NCBI GenBank assembly: GCA_017635595.1
Contig: JAGBLF010000024.1
Coordinates: 4,441 to 68,440, forward strand
Direction of reading: 5' to 3'
Length of the DNA stretch: 64,000 nt
Source of the DNA: Alphaproteobacteria bacterium
Lineage (GTDB): Bacteria; Pseudomonadota; Alphaproteobacteria; RF32; CAG-239
The first letter of the stretch is position 1. Each line of letters begins with the position of its first letter. Shown here one piece after another: positions 10,684 through 20,261 of the stretch. The position numbers and the translations under genes were made by a program. Below the pieces are notes generated by a model. The model did no database searches. It had not been told where the DNA came from and saw only the letters and a program-made list of their open reading frames with translations.

Positions 10684-10776
10684 CTCAACATCTCCTAATC
10701 ATCACAAAAATCCAAGTAACTATAAAACAAAAGTTTGCAATATGCCAGACAGATTTTAAGTATTCTACAAGTTTTT

Positions 10777-11730
10777 TCAGAACATACCTTTTTTACGGAA
10801 GAATATAATCACGATAAGCGTTGCCAACAACGAAAGAGCAATCACGATACCGAAGCCGAACGGATGTGCGGCAAACGGAACGGCCACGTTCATACCCCAA
10901 AACGTGCCGAGCATAGTCGGGATGGAAAGCACAATCGTAATGGCGGCCAAAAACTTCATGATTTGGTTTAAGTTATTATTGATAATTGAAGCAAAACCGT
11001 CCATCATGCCCTCTAAAATCGAGCGGTGCATATCAACCATTTCGATAGCTTGCTTGTTTTCAACGATAACATCTTCCAACAAATCGACATCGTCTTCGGT
11101 AAAGGCCAAAAGTTTGGTTGTAGCCGGTGACTTGGTCATACGCAGCAATTTTTCGAGCATCAGTTGGTTATCGCGCAAAGCGGTTGTAAAGTAAACGAGA
11201 GACTTTTGAATATCCATCAGTTGAAACAATTCTTCGTTATGGGTGGTTTGCTTAAGCGAATCCTCAATATGTTCGGTTTTGCGATTAATAATCGCCAAAT
11301 AGCGCAAGTAGAACTGCGTGGTTTTATACAAAATGGAAAGCATAAAGCGGGTACGGTTGCGCGTATCGAAAGTTTTGGCGGTATTTTTATTAAATGAGCT
11401 TAAAATACGGTTATCACGCGAACAAATCGTCAAAAAGTTTTGCCCCGTAAACACCAAACCGCAAGGCAATGTATCAAAAATCCCCTCTTCATCAAGCAAA
11501 GGCAGGTTCACGATGGCGGACAAAATTCCCTCGTCAAACTCGACACGTGAACGTTCATCGGCATCGAGGGCGTTATGTAAAATATCCGAATCGACCTTCA
11601 GCATCGTCGAAACCTGTTCGATTTCCTTACCTGCCGGATCGATTAAATTAAACCATGCTTTAGAAACAGATTTGATATTTTTGAGCTTAACTAATTTAGC
11701 GCCGGGTTCTGTTTTATAAATTCTCAGCAT
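10777..11730 (-). CDS. corA: CorA family Mg2+/Co2+ transporter
   Basis: ALDADERSRVE, SIINNNLN, GMN motif between two C-terminal TMs. Confidence 0.92.
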   Translation of the reverse strand: MLRIYKTEPGAKLVKLKNIKSVSKAWFNLIDPAGKEIEQVSTMLKVDSDILHNALDADERSRVEFDEGILSAIVNLPLLDEEGIFDTLPCGLVFTGQNFLTICSRDNRILSSFNKNTAKTFDTRNRTRFMLSILYKTTQFYLRYLAIINRKTEHIEDSLKQTTHNEELFQLMDIQKSLVYFTTALRDNQLMLEKLLRMTKSPATTKLLAFTEDDVDLLEDVIVENKQAIEMVDMHRSILEGMMDGFASIINNNLNQIMKFLAAITIVLSIPTMLGTFWGMNVAVPFAAHPFGFGIVIALSLLATLIVIIFFRKKGMF

Positions 11731-11771
11731 ATTTAAGCTCTCCTTTGATGATAAAGATTCAAAGTAAGTTT

Positions 11772-11857
11772 TGGTGCGGCCAAGAAGACTTGAACTTCCA
11801 CGGGCTTAGCCCATAACGACCTCAACGTTACGCGTCTACCAATTCCGCCATGGCCGC
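11772..11857 (-). tRNA. tRNA-Leu(GAG)
   Basis: Reverse complement GCGGCCATGGCGGAATTGGTAGACGCG...TT-GAG-GT...GTTCAAGTC...GGCCGCACCA with a long variable arm. Confidence 0.96.
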
Positions 11858-11931
11858 AAATTTCAAAACAACATACAAATATTATAATATTTTCAATAAA
11901 TCAAGTTTTTTTTCGCCGGTCGGTGAAAAAA

Positions 11932-12162
11932 GATGACGGTAAGAAAGAAAATGTCATTCTTGACCGGCAGGTCGAGAATCCCGGCCGCTTTATGATTTAG
12001 CCGAGATCCTCGCGCTACGCGCAAGGATGACTATAAAAAATAAAAGTGCAAGGATGACGGTAAGAAAGAAAATGTCATTCTTGCCGAGCAAGCGACGGCG
12101 AGAATCCCGGCCGCTTATAAAATGTCATTCTTGGGCGAGCGAAGCGAGAACCAAGAATGACA
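11932..12162. repeat. Cluster of REP-like palindromic elements (GTCATTCTTG...CAAG(G/A)ATGAC)
   Basis: 31-bp direct repeat at 11932-11962 and 12053-12083; repeated cgagaatcccggccgctt; 12-bp inverted repeat bounding 12123-12162. Confidence 0.75.
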
Positions 12163-12501
12163 ATAACAACTTAAATGTCGTTTATAAAATGTCTTCTACA
12201 GTATCCCTAGAGAAACTATCGAAACGCCCTGTAATACGTGCACATACAAGAGTTATCCACAGGCAGAAAAAATCAATCGCTTAAAAAAAAGCCCGTAAAA
12301 ACTAAAAGTCCACTCTAAGTTACAAAAAAATAGCCTAAAGGTCATATTCGGGGTTGAAAATAGTTAATAAAGTATTAAAATTCCGTATAACCTTTGTTGT
12401 ATTGGTATTGCATTCTGTTTGTTATATTTCTCTTTGTGGGTGCTATATCTTGACAATTTAAGGGAATATCACATTTTATAAATAACATAAGGAGAAATTT
12501 C

Positions 12502-15500
12502 ATGAAATATTCTAAATCTGCTATAGGGCTCTTAACAGCGCAATATCGCAGTGTTTTAAAGAAGTGCTGGCTGATTAACGTCGGCTTGTTCGCTTTAGGC
12601 GCAGCAGCTGCCACACCGGCAAGCGCAGCCGATGCTGGAACATGGACAAAAGCTATAGAAGATACAGATGCATTTATGGACAACTTGGCTTCTACATCAG
12701 GTGGAGCTTGGGATCGTGCTAACGGCAATGTTACCGGCTGGGGTGTTGACCAGATTTTAGGTATTATGGGCGATACCGCAACCAAGACGGATGCCGCAGT
12801 TGCTCTAGTTAATGACACTACTAAAGGTAACGAAGCTCTTTATACTTCTTTGGATGGCAAGCAAGCTAAGTTAACTTCAACTTCAGGCAATGCCGGAAAT
12901 GGTATTTCAATTACAGATACTGGTGTTATTTCTGCTAAAGCCGGTAATACGACAATCACTGTTGATGGTGATGGTATTAAAGTCGGCACAATTGCTCAAA
13001 GCCAAGTTGATGGTTTAGCAACTTCTTTGGCTGGCAAACAAGCTCAGTTGACAAGTGGCTCAGACAATGTTTCCTCAGCTGTTTTGACATCTGTTAGAGA
13101 TTCGAGTTCAGCTGTTGATACTGCACTTGTTTCAGAAAAAGCTGTTGCAACCGCTATTGAAACTGCTACAACTGGTATGGTTACTACAGATGGTACTCAG
13201 ACATTAACCAACAAAACAATTGATGCTGACAGTAACACTATTTCTAACATCGAAACCGATAACTTCAAATCTGGCGTTATTCAAACAACTGTCAGAGCTA
13301 CTGCTTCTGCTTCAGATACTGCTCTTGCTTCTGAAAAAGCTGTTGCAACTGCCTTGGATGGCAAGCAAGCTAAGTTAACTTCAACTTCAGGCAATGCCGG
13401 AGATGGTATTTCAATTACAGATACCGGTGTTATTTCTGCTAAAGCCGGTGATACGACAATCACTGTTGATGGTAATGGTATTAAAGTCGGCACAATTGCT
13501 CAAAGCCAAGTTAATGGTTTATCAGATGCTTTGGATGCTAAAGTAAACAATGCCGATAACTTCACTGCTGCAACAGATTCTGATTTGATTAAAAATAAGA
13601 CTGTTGTTGCCGCTATCAAAGACACAGCTGCTGCTGTTGATGTTAATGCAACTAAAAACACCACTCAAGATACTTCTATAGGTAACTTGTACACTGCAGT
13701 AAACGGCGGTACTTATAATGCTGCTACCGGTGAAGTTACAGGTGCTAGCACATTATCTTCTAACTTTACAACTCCTAACTTAACCGCTGCCGCTAACGAA
13801 CTTTTGACAGACATTACTGTTACCTCGGCCGGCAATTACATTGCTGCCAATGCTAACGTTGCAAGTAACTTAAGTGCTTTGGACGGTCAAGTTAAGAACA
13901 ATACCGATAACATTACTTCTATGGCTGCTTTGGTTGGTACAACTTCGGCTCCGGCAGCAGGTACAGGTATTTTAGCAGGCAAGACCATTACAGGTACTGC
14001 CGGTACAAACAACCTGAATATGGTTGATGCTATTTCTTACGTTGCCGCTAATGGTGCCGGTCTAGGTACTAATAATGTTTATACAGGTACAAATACATAT
14101 GGTAGTACATCCGGTAGCCAAGTTATCATTGATAACGGCGGTAACTTAACAGCTAACACCAGTTTGAAAGTCGGTACATCTACAACCAATATGTTAACAG
14201 TCAGCTCAGCCGGAACAGTTATCGGTGCTGCTAATGCCATCACAGGTACAGCAGGTAGTTTGGATATGGGTGGTAACTCTCTGAGCAATGTTCATGGTTT
14301 AACATTGACGGACGGTACAGGCCACACCAACGATGCAACCATTTCTGTGGATGCTAACGGTATCAGTACCGGCAACAAGACTTTAGATGTCGGTACAGGT
14401 GCTTTGAAGTCTGAAACCTTGTACGTTGGTACAACCGATCAATTCTCGGTTAACGGTGCAGGTAATATCAGCACATCAGGTACGTTGGATGTTACAGGTA
14501 CAGCTACTGTCGGCTCACTTGCCATCGGTACAACCGGTAAAGGCTTTGATGCCAACGGCAACTTAACTGCAGGCACAATATCTGCTACCGGTATCGATAC
14601 AACAACCGCCAACACCGTTAACCTTGGCGGTACAGGCTTTACAACAGCCGTTACCGGTGGTTTGACAGTCAGCGGTGATACAGCATTGTCCGGTAAATTA
14701 AATGTAACCGGTGATACAACTTTAGCTAAAACCGATGTTACAGGTGACTTAACCGTTACCGGTAATACATCTTTGGCTAATACCAGTGTTGCCGGTACTT
14801 TGGATGTAACCGGTAAATCAACATTTGGTAGTGCAACCGGTAGCCGTATTGAACTTGATGGCGGTGCTTTAACCGTTAAAGATTCAACACAAGCTCAAGT
14901 TGCTAAAATCGATAATGACGGAAATGCAAGCTTTAACGGCACTTTAGATGTTGCCGGTTTGGCTTCGCTCGACGGCGGTATCAATGTTAACGATAAGTTC
15001 GCAGTTGACACCAACGGTAAAGTAACCTTGAGCGACGGTACAAATACAGCTACCATCGAAGCGACACAAATCAAAGATTCTGATGGTAACGACATAACCA
15101 ATGTTATGAAAGTTGACGGTACAGGATTGTACACCGGTTATGTTGCTTCCGAATCCGGCTTTACAGTAGCTCAAAAAGATGCTGTTACCGGTTTGTATGA
15201 AGAAACATTCACTGTAAATGAAGACGGCGATATCGAAACTTTAGGCACATTGTCTGTTTCTGACGGTAAATTCGCTGTTGATGGCGATGGTGCTGTCAGA
15301 GCTGCAAACGGTGAGTTTGTAGTTGATAAAGACGGTAATACCAAAATCAAAGGTGCATTAGGTGCCGGTGCTACCGGTACAGAATTCGCTGTCGGTACAA
15401 AAGGTAATATCAAAGCTGCTAATGGTAACTTCACTGTTGATAAGGACGGTAACACAACTGTTGCCGGTACAATGGATATCGAAGGCGATACAACAATCGG

Positions 15501-17073
15501 TAACAAATTTAGCGTAACTGCTGCTGACGGCTCATTCTCTGCTGCCGGCGGTAAATTCACCGTTGACAAAGATGGCGCTATCACTTCAAAGAGCTGGATG
15601 TCGGTTGCTGACGGTAACTTCAAAGTTAACTCTACCGGCGGTTTAACAACCACGAGCTGGATGTCGGTTGCTGACGGTAACTTCAAAGTTAACTCTACCG
15701 GCGGTTTAACAACCACGAGCTGGATGTCTGTTGCTGACGGTAAGATGACAGTTAACAGCGATGGTGCTATTAAAGCTGCTGATGGTAACTTCACGGTTGA
15801 TAAAGATGGTAATGTGACAGCTCAAGGTGACTTGGGTGTACAAGGTACATCTTGGTTGAAAGATACCAATGTTGACGGTGCTTTGTCCGTAACAGGTGAA
15901 TCTTGGTTGAAGAACACCCATGTTGACGGTGCTTTAGCTACAACCGGCGATGCATCTGTTGGCGGTAATTTTGCTGTTACAGGTTCTTCTTGGTTAAGCA
16001 ATACTCACGTTAACGGCGATTTGGAAGTTAGCGGAACAACAAAGACTGGTGCTTTGACCTTCGACGGTTCAAGCTATGTTGCCGCTATGGATCAAGGCGA
16101 TGCCGCTATTACTAACGGTGTTGTTGATGATCAGGCTAAACGTACTATGGCTACCGTTGCTACCGTTGCTAAAACAATCGGTAAATTAGACGACAAAAAT
16201 GCTCATGGCGTAACAGACGTTTCTGATGTTGCTTCGGCTATCTCTACATTGTCTCAAAACGTTGAAACAGCTACCGGTGGTACATTCACTGATGCGGTTT
16301 GGACCGGTGCCGTTGATGCCGATAAAGATGTTGACTATACATACAGCCCGGCTGCAACCGCAACAGCTACTGCCGGATACCATGACATTATGTCTGCCGT
16401 ATCTCAGGTTGCTTCTAACGTCGGTGCTGCAACAACCGTTGCTTTCAACAATGTTGCTGACGACAATACGGTTAATGCCAACATTGATGCATTAAACAGA
16501 AAAGTCGGTAATATGAACAACATCGGCTATGGTTACAAGAACCTGTCGAACGGTACAACAACTCAACCGGATACAGTGGTTGAAGCTTTGCTAAACATTG
16601 ATGCTTCTATGGGCACAATCCACGGCTTGGCTGACAAACTGGAAAAAGCTGGTACTTACCAAGGAAACTTGGCTGAAGGCACAACGGTTGAACAACACTT
16701 AACCGCTTTGGACAGCGCTATCGGTAACCGTGCTAACTTCAACAAGATGCACTATACACAAGGTTCTAAGACCGTTGTGGATGCTATCGGTAAATTGGAT
16801 ACTAAATTGAACAGTGTCGATCATGATGTTCGCACATTGCGTCATAAGTTCCAATCCGGTATGGCATCGGCTGCAGCTTTGTCTGCGTTAGTACCTAACG
16901 CCAGAGCTCATGGCAATACCCAACTTTCTGTTGGTACCGGTATGTACCATGGTCACGGCGCTATGGCCGTCGGTGGTTTCCACTGGTTCACGGATAATAT
17001 ACTCTTCAATACAGGTATTGCTTGGGATGATAACGAAGCAACTTACCGTATGGGTGTAACTTATTCTTGGTAA
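12502..17073 (+). CDS. Trimeric autotransporter adhesin (YadA-like C-terminal anchor), 1523 aa
   Basis: Extended signal peptide; G/T/A/D-rich repetitive passenger; coiled stalk followed by GMASAAALS...LSVGTGMYHGHGAMAVG...YRMGVTYSW anchor; SD aggag. Confidence 0.92.
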   Translation: MKYSKSAIGLLTAQYRSVLKKCWLINVGLFALGAAAATPASAADAGTWTKAIEDTDAFMDNLASTSGGAWDRANGNVTGWGVDQILGIMGDTATKTDAAVALVNDTTKGNEALYTSLDGKQAKLTSTSGNAGNGISITDTGVISAKAGNTTITVDGDGIKVGTIAQSQVDGLATSLAGKQAQLTSGSDNVSSAVLTSVRDSSSAVDTALVSEKAVATAIETATTGMVTTDGTQTLTNKTIDADSNTISNIETDNFKSGVIQTTVRATASASDTALASEKAVATALDGKQAKLTSTSGNAGDGISITDTGVISAKAGDTTITVDGNGIKVGTIAQSQVNGLSDALDAKVNNADNFTAATDSDLIKNKTVVAAIKDTAAAVDVNATKNTTQDTSIGNLYTAVNGGTYNAATGEVTGASTLSSNFTTPNLTAAANELLTDITVTSAGNYIAANANVASNLSALDGQVKNNTDNITSMAALVGTTSAPAAGTGILAGKTITGTAGTNNLNMVDAISYVAANGAGLGTNNVYTGTNTYGSTSGSQVIIDNGGNLTANTSLKVGTSTTNMLTVSSAGTVIGAANAITGTAGSLDMGGNSLSNVHGLTLTDGTGHTNDATISVDANGISTGNKTLDVGTGALKSETLYVGTTDQFSVNGAGNISTSGTLDVTGTATVGSLAIGTTGKGFDANGNLTAGTISATGIDTTTANTVNLGGTGFTTAVTGGLTVSGDTALSGKLNVTGDTTLAKTDVTGDLTVTGNTSLANTSVAGTLDVTGKSTFGSATGSRIELDGGALTVKDSTQAQVAKIDNDGNASFNGTLDVAGLASLDGGINVNDKFAVDTNGKVTLSDGTNTATIEATQIKDSDGNDITNVMKVDGTGLYTGYVASESGFTVAQKDAVTGLYEETFTVNEDGDIETLGTLSVSDGKFAVDGDGAVRAANGEFVVDKDGNTKIKGALGAGATGTEFAVGTKGNIKAANGNFTVDKDGNTTVAGTMDIEGDTTIGNKFSVTAADGSFSAAGGKFTVDKDGAITSKSWMSVADGNFKVNSTGGLTTTSWMSVADGNFKVNSTGGLTTTSWMSVADGKMTVNSDGAIKAADGNFTVDKDGNVTAQGDLGVQGTSWLKDTNVDGALSVTGESWLKNTHVDGALATTGDASVGGNFAVTGSSWLSNTHVNGDLEVSGTTKTGALTFDGSSYVAAMDQGDAAITNGVVDDQAKRTMATVATVAKTIGKLDDKNAHGVTDVSDVASAISTLSQNVETATGGTFTDAVWTGAVDADKDVDYTYSPAATATATAGYHDIMSAVSQVASNVGAATTVAFNNVADDNTVNANIDALNRKVGNMNNIGYGYKNLSNGTTTQPDTVVEALLNIDASMGTIHGLADKLEKAGTYQGNLAEGTTVEQHLTALDSAIGNRANFNKMHYTQGSKTVVDAIGKLDTKLNSVDHDVRTLRHKFQSGMASAAALSALVPNARAHGNTQLSVGTGMYHGHGAMAVGGFHWFTDNILFNTGIAWDDNEATYRMGVTYSW
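12850..13522 (+). repeat. Near-identical ~170-bp direct repeats (12850-13018 and 13354-13522) inside the adhesin
   Basis: LDGKQAKLTSTSGNAG(N/D)GISITDTGVISAKAG...VGTIAQSQV duplicated 504 bp apart. Confidence 0.92.
15591..15743 (+). repeat. 63-bp tandem repeat (two identical copies plus a partial) in the adhesin
   Basis: SWMSVADGNFKVNSTGGLTTT twice, then SWMSVADG. Confidence 0.93.
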
Positions 17074-17083
17074 TAAACTGAAC

Positions 17084-17123
17084 AATAGCTTGGATGCTTA
17101 ACGGCATCCAAGCTATTTTTTTT
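17084..17123 (+). terminator. Rho-independent terminator of the adhesin gene
   Basis: aatagcttggatgc / gcatccaagctatt stem plus T tract. Confidence 0.9.
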
Positions 17124-17135
17124 GTAGAGAGCAAA

Positions 17136-17759
17136 ATGACTGATAAAGCAAATACCAAAACAAAAATTAAAGCAAATACAAAAGAAGAAGCTACTGCTCA
17201 ACCGCAAAAATGCGATGACAAATATTTAAAAATGCTGACAGTGGCTTTGCTTGCCGTCGTTATCGGCAGCGGTTGCGGTTTTTATTATTTTAATCAACAA
17301 CTCAAACAAGCCCAAAACAATGTCGAAAAATTATCGGCAGAACTGCAGAATTCCCAAATCGTCTATATCTATAATTTGGAGGCTGTTGTCGCATCTTCCA
17401 ATTTAGTAATGCTTAAACAAGAGTTTGAAACAAAAATTAATGAGTTAATCAAAGAAGTCGACGATTCACAACAAAAAATCAAAAACATGAAAAATGCAAA
17501 AGTAAAAGACGATTTTTCAGATGTTTATATGAAATCTCTTAAATTAAAACGTGATGAAACAATCAAGGCTTATGATGAAACAATGATACAGGCTACCGAA
17601 AATATTAATCTGGCCTTAAAAGAAGTCGCCCTCGCTAAAGGCGCGAAAACCATTTTCAATGCCAAAGCCATCGCGTTTACTTCAAAATATACGGTCGATA
17701 TTACACCGGAAGTTATAGAACTTGTAAATAAGAAAAACGCATCATTAAAGATGCCGTAA
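17136..17759 (+). CDS. OmpH/Skp-like chaperone
   Basis: N-terminal TM, IYNLEAVV, long coiled coil, C-terminal VDITPEVIELVN; start moved to ATG 17136 because 17094 lies inside the terminator. Confidence 0.6.
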   Translation: MTDKANTKTKIKANTKEEATAQPQKCDDKYLKMLTVALLAVVIGSGCGFYYFNQQLKQAQNNVEKLSAELQNSQIVYIYNLEAVVASSNLVMLKQEFETKINELIKEVDDSQQKIKNMKNAKVKDDFSDVYMKSLKLKRDETIKAYDETMIQATENINLALKEVALAKGAKTIFNAKAIAFTSKYTVDITPEVIELVNKKNASLKMP

Positions 17760-17771
17760 AATAATTACCCC

Positions 17772-17798
17772 AAGGCAAGGAAAACATCCTTGCCTTTT
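17772..17798. terminator. Hairpin terminator between the skp-like gene and the convergent cassette locus
   Basis: aaggcaagga / tccttgcctt stem plus T tract. Confidence 0.75.
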
Positions 17799-17829
17799 CT
17801 ATATCCCTTCCCATTTTTTTAATATATAT

Positions 17830-17959
17830 GAGCTGCCGAAGCCGTAGTTGTTTTCAGGGCTACCCCAAAGTTGGTACCGACTTGCGGATAGTTTTCCGTT
17901 ATGCCTTGATTATTGTAGTTCTGTATGAGTTGATTTTCACGTTCTGCCCGTGCCGTTTG
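17830..17959 (-). pseudogene. Frameshifted remnant of the conserved N-terminal region of 21153..22373 (repeat copy C)
   Basis: Near-identical to 22129-22259 (QTARAERENQLIQNYNNQGITENYPQ...ENNYGFGSS) with a 1-bp deletion and no C-terminal module. Confidence 0.9.
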
Positions 17960-18036
17960 TTAAAATCGGTCGAACGGTAAAATATCGTCTGGAAGACTTG
18001 CAGGCATATGTTTCCGATAACCGTAAAAGCTAAAAC

Positions 18037-18060
18037 AAAGGGAGCATTAATGCTCCCTTT
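18037..18060 (-). terminator. Terminator after the 18071..18646 membrane protein
   Basis: Perfect palindrome aaagggagcattaatgctcccttt. Confidence 0.85.
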
Positions 18061-18070
18061 CTCAATAAAA

Positions 18071-18646
18071 CTACATGATTTCGCGTGTCATTGCTAAGAA
18101 TACCAGTCCGACATAAATCAGCAACATTCCGAAGAATGTCCATATAACTGCACGATTACCTAATAGATAAGTTCCCCCTGCCAACAGAATAATCGGTACA
18201 AAAAATAACAAAATGCCGGCAAAAGACGTATAGCCCATTGTCCAATTTAATGTTCCGTAATCCGTTGCGGTCAGCCACAACAAATATCCCCAGTTTAAGG
18301 CAAACCATGTGCCGACCTCTGCCATACGCCAACTTATCGTCGGATTAAATCCGACAATTTTCCGCCGAATATAATCATATAAGAGGTAGAGCTGAGTATA
18401 CAGAATATATCCGAATAAAAATTCAATTGTATAAACGCATGGATGTCCTCCCCATACCCATTGATATATTTTCCCTTCTTGCCACAAGTAGGGGTCACAA
18501 CTGTCACCTTGTGTGTTTGTTCCTATCATCATCGGATAAAGTCCTACAACTGCCCACGTTATAAACGCAAACCATATTACGGTTAAACTATACCGAATTA
18601 TTTTTTCTTGTTTCCGAAAAAGAACTCCAACAGTTTTTGTTCCCAT
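18071..18646 (-). CDS. Multi-TM membrane protein, candidate immunity protein for the SLT-like module
   Basis: About 5 hydrophobic segments, Cys pair in a loop; SD aggag before ATG 18646; overlaps the upstream gene's 3' end by 49 bp. Confidence 0.6.
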   Translation of the reverse strand: MGTKTVGVLFRKQEKIIRYSLTVIWFAFITWAVVGLYPMMIGTNTQGDSCDPYLWQEGKIYQWVWGGHPCVYTIEFLFGYILYTQLYLLYDYIRRKIVGFNPTISWRMAEVGTWFALNWGYLLWLTATDYGTLNWTMGYTSFAGILLFFVPIILLAGGTYLLGNRAVIWTFFGMLLIYVGLVFLAMTREIM

Positions 18647-19365
18647 TGTTTTTCTCCTAACCAAGGCTTTGTTTCGTATGCAGTTTTTACCCTTGCACCG
18701 ACATCATTGATGTTATTTGCTCCAGTTTCGTTCCATAGTGTTCCAATTCTATCTGGTGTTGGGTTATTCAAAGAATTTTGCATTTGTTTCAAAACTTTTG
18801 TCCCTAATTCAATGTTCTGCTGAGGTATATAGGAATCATAATGTTTTCCGTTAAAATCGCCCCAAGTTTGACCTTGAATATTCATCGGCATTTGACTCCC
18901 TGATGCCCCAATTAAGTCTCCTAGATAATTGAAAACACCTTTATGTCCTGTGGCACCTTCGTTATACATAACCGCACGCACCAAATCCGGATCTATACTA
19001 TTTTGCATAGCATATTTTTCAATATCATTATTATGCTTATATACATAATATTTTCCTAACCAATTCATAGTATACCACGGCCATTCATAGTTAGCATTTT
19101 GACTATCTTGCATATATAAATTTAATTGTTGCCCATTCTTTAGTGCCTGTATACGTTGTGCTTCGGTTAAATAATTATCCCGCCAAGGTACCGGAGTAAC
19201 CTGTTCTGATTGATTATTCCACGGCGTTGAGGTTGTGTACCTCGGTGTTGCCGAAGTGCTCCATGGTGCTGGGGTTTGCGTTTGCAATCCCGATGTTGTG
19301 CCAAAGGAAGAACTTGCACCAAAGCTTGAGTCGCTCCCGAAACGTGCCATATGCCCGGCAATCAT
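18598..19365 (-). CDS. Lysozyme-fold / lytic transglycosylase (SLT)-like domain protein with a low-complexity linker; candidate toxin module
   Basis: IEKYAMQNSIDPDLVRAVMYNE (catalytic Glu helix), QMPMNI, PQQNIELGTKVLKQM; start uncertain (19365 or 19350; ORF open to 19458). Confidence 0.65.
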   Translation of the reverse strand: MIAGHMARFGSDSSFGASSSFGTTSGLQTQTPAPWSTSATPRYTTSTPWNNQSEQVTPVPWRDNYLTEAQRIQALKNGQQLNLYMQDSQNANYEWPWYTMNWLGKYYVYKHNNDIEKYAMQNSIDPDLVRAVMYNEGATGHKGVFNYLGDLIGASGSQMPMNIQGQTWGDFNGKHYDSYIPQQNIELGTKVLKQMQNSLNNPTPDRIGTLWNETGANNINDVGARVKTAYETKPWLGEKQWEQKLLEFFFGNKKK

Positions 19366-19409
19366 ATACCAAAGGTGAAACCTGATACCTTTAATATAAC
19401 CACTAGTAT

Positions 19410-20192
19410 TTAACGAGCCTTGTGTCTGGTATCGCAACTGCGAATATCTTCGAGCCAAATATTATTATTTTTAAGGCAATTTTCCTTCGTTATGGTGCAA
19501 GGTTTACCATCGCCACAATCATTGAAGGTAAAACCCTCTTTGCATATTCCTGTATCTATACAGCCATCTGTGTCATAAGGGTCAAAGTATAAAGAAATTA
19601 TATTGATACTCATACTTAAAATATATATTACAGTTACAATCCATGCGGTATAGTAAAACAAATTACTGATAATCAATTCAAAACACCGAATAGATTTATT
19701 TTTAAACAATTGCATAATTTTACATTGTTCTCTGATTTTTTTTAGAAAGAATACATAAACAAAAAAGGAATCAATGCATATTAACATAAATATGTTTCGG
19801 AGTGAGGAATTGAAATAAAGTAAGCATATTGATAACGCGACAATTATGCAAATAATTATTTTATCAAAATATGTCAGTTTATTCCACCAAACATTATGCT
19901 TTTTATTGTGCATAAAAATCTGGTAATCGCAATAACTTAAAACGCTCAAAAGCGCCACAAAACCTAAAGCTGAACACACAAACCAAATATCGCTATACCC
20001 AAACAAAAATGGCAACAATAAAATGACAGATATCGTCCCGAGAGCAATTGATAAAATATTACAATATTTCTGCTTATTGACACTCCAATGCAATGTCTGC
20101 ACTTGTTGATTGAAATAATGGCAAATACGCATATTACATAAAATAGCGCTAATCAGTACTAAAAATAAAAATACATATAATAAATTTATCAT
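19410..20192 (-). CDS. Multi-TM membrane protein with a Cys-rich C-terminal tail, candidate immunity protein
   Basis: About 6 TMs, very AT-rich, ends DGCIDTGICKEG...CTITKENC...SC; SD gagg; directly downstream of the SAA-like module. Confidence 0.6.
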   Translation of the reverse strand: MINLLYVFLFLVLISAILCNMRICHYFNQQVQTLHWSVNKQKYCNILSIALGTISVILLLPFLFGYSDIWFVCSALGFVALLSVLSYCDYQIFMHNKKHNVWWNKLTYFDKIIICIIVALSICLLYFNSSLRNIFMLICIDSFFVYVFFLKKIREQCKIMQLFKNKSIRCFELIISNLFYYTAWIVTVIYILSMSINIISLYFDPYDTDGCIDTGICKEGFTFNDCGDGKPCTITKENCLKNNNIWLEDIRSCDTRHKAR

Positions 20193-20223
20193 TCTATACC
20201 TCTTTTGTTGCCATCTTTGTCCT

Positions 20224-20251
20224 AGTATAAATACTTTGAATAATAATACAA
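20224..20251 (-). promoter_or_regulatory. Putative sigma70 promoter for 19410..20192
   Basis: TTGTAT-16 bp-TATACT on the minus strand. Confidence 0.5.
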
Positions 20252-20261
20252 GATTAAATAA

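Noticed and set aside
11932-12162. CRISPR array
   Set aside because: Only 2-3 irregular, nested palindromic units with repeated rather than unique spacers, and no cas genes.
12364-12378. CtrA box (TTAA-N7-TTAA) upstream of the adhesin
   Set aside because: Matches the pattern but is expected by chance in such AT-rich intergenic DNA.
15171-15794. 207-aa antisense ORF with repeats inside the adhesin
   Set aside because: Shadow ORF produced by the biased codon usage and repeats of the sense gene; the same applies to most short overlapping ORFs in the track.
19366-19458. N-terminal extension of the SLT-like ORF from TTG 19458
   Set aside because: Overlaps the upstream gene, has no SD and looks like an incidental open frame.
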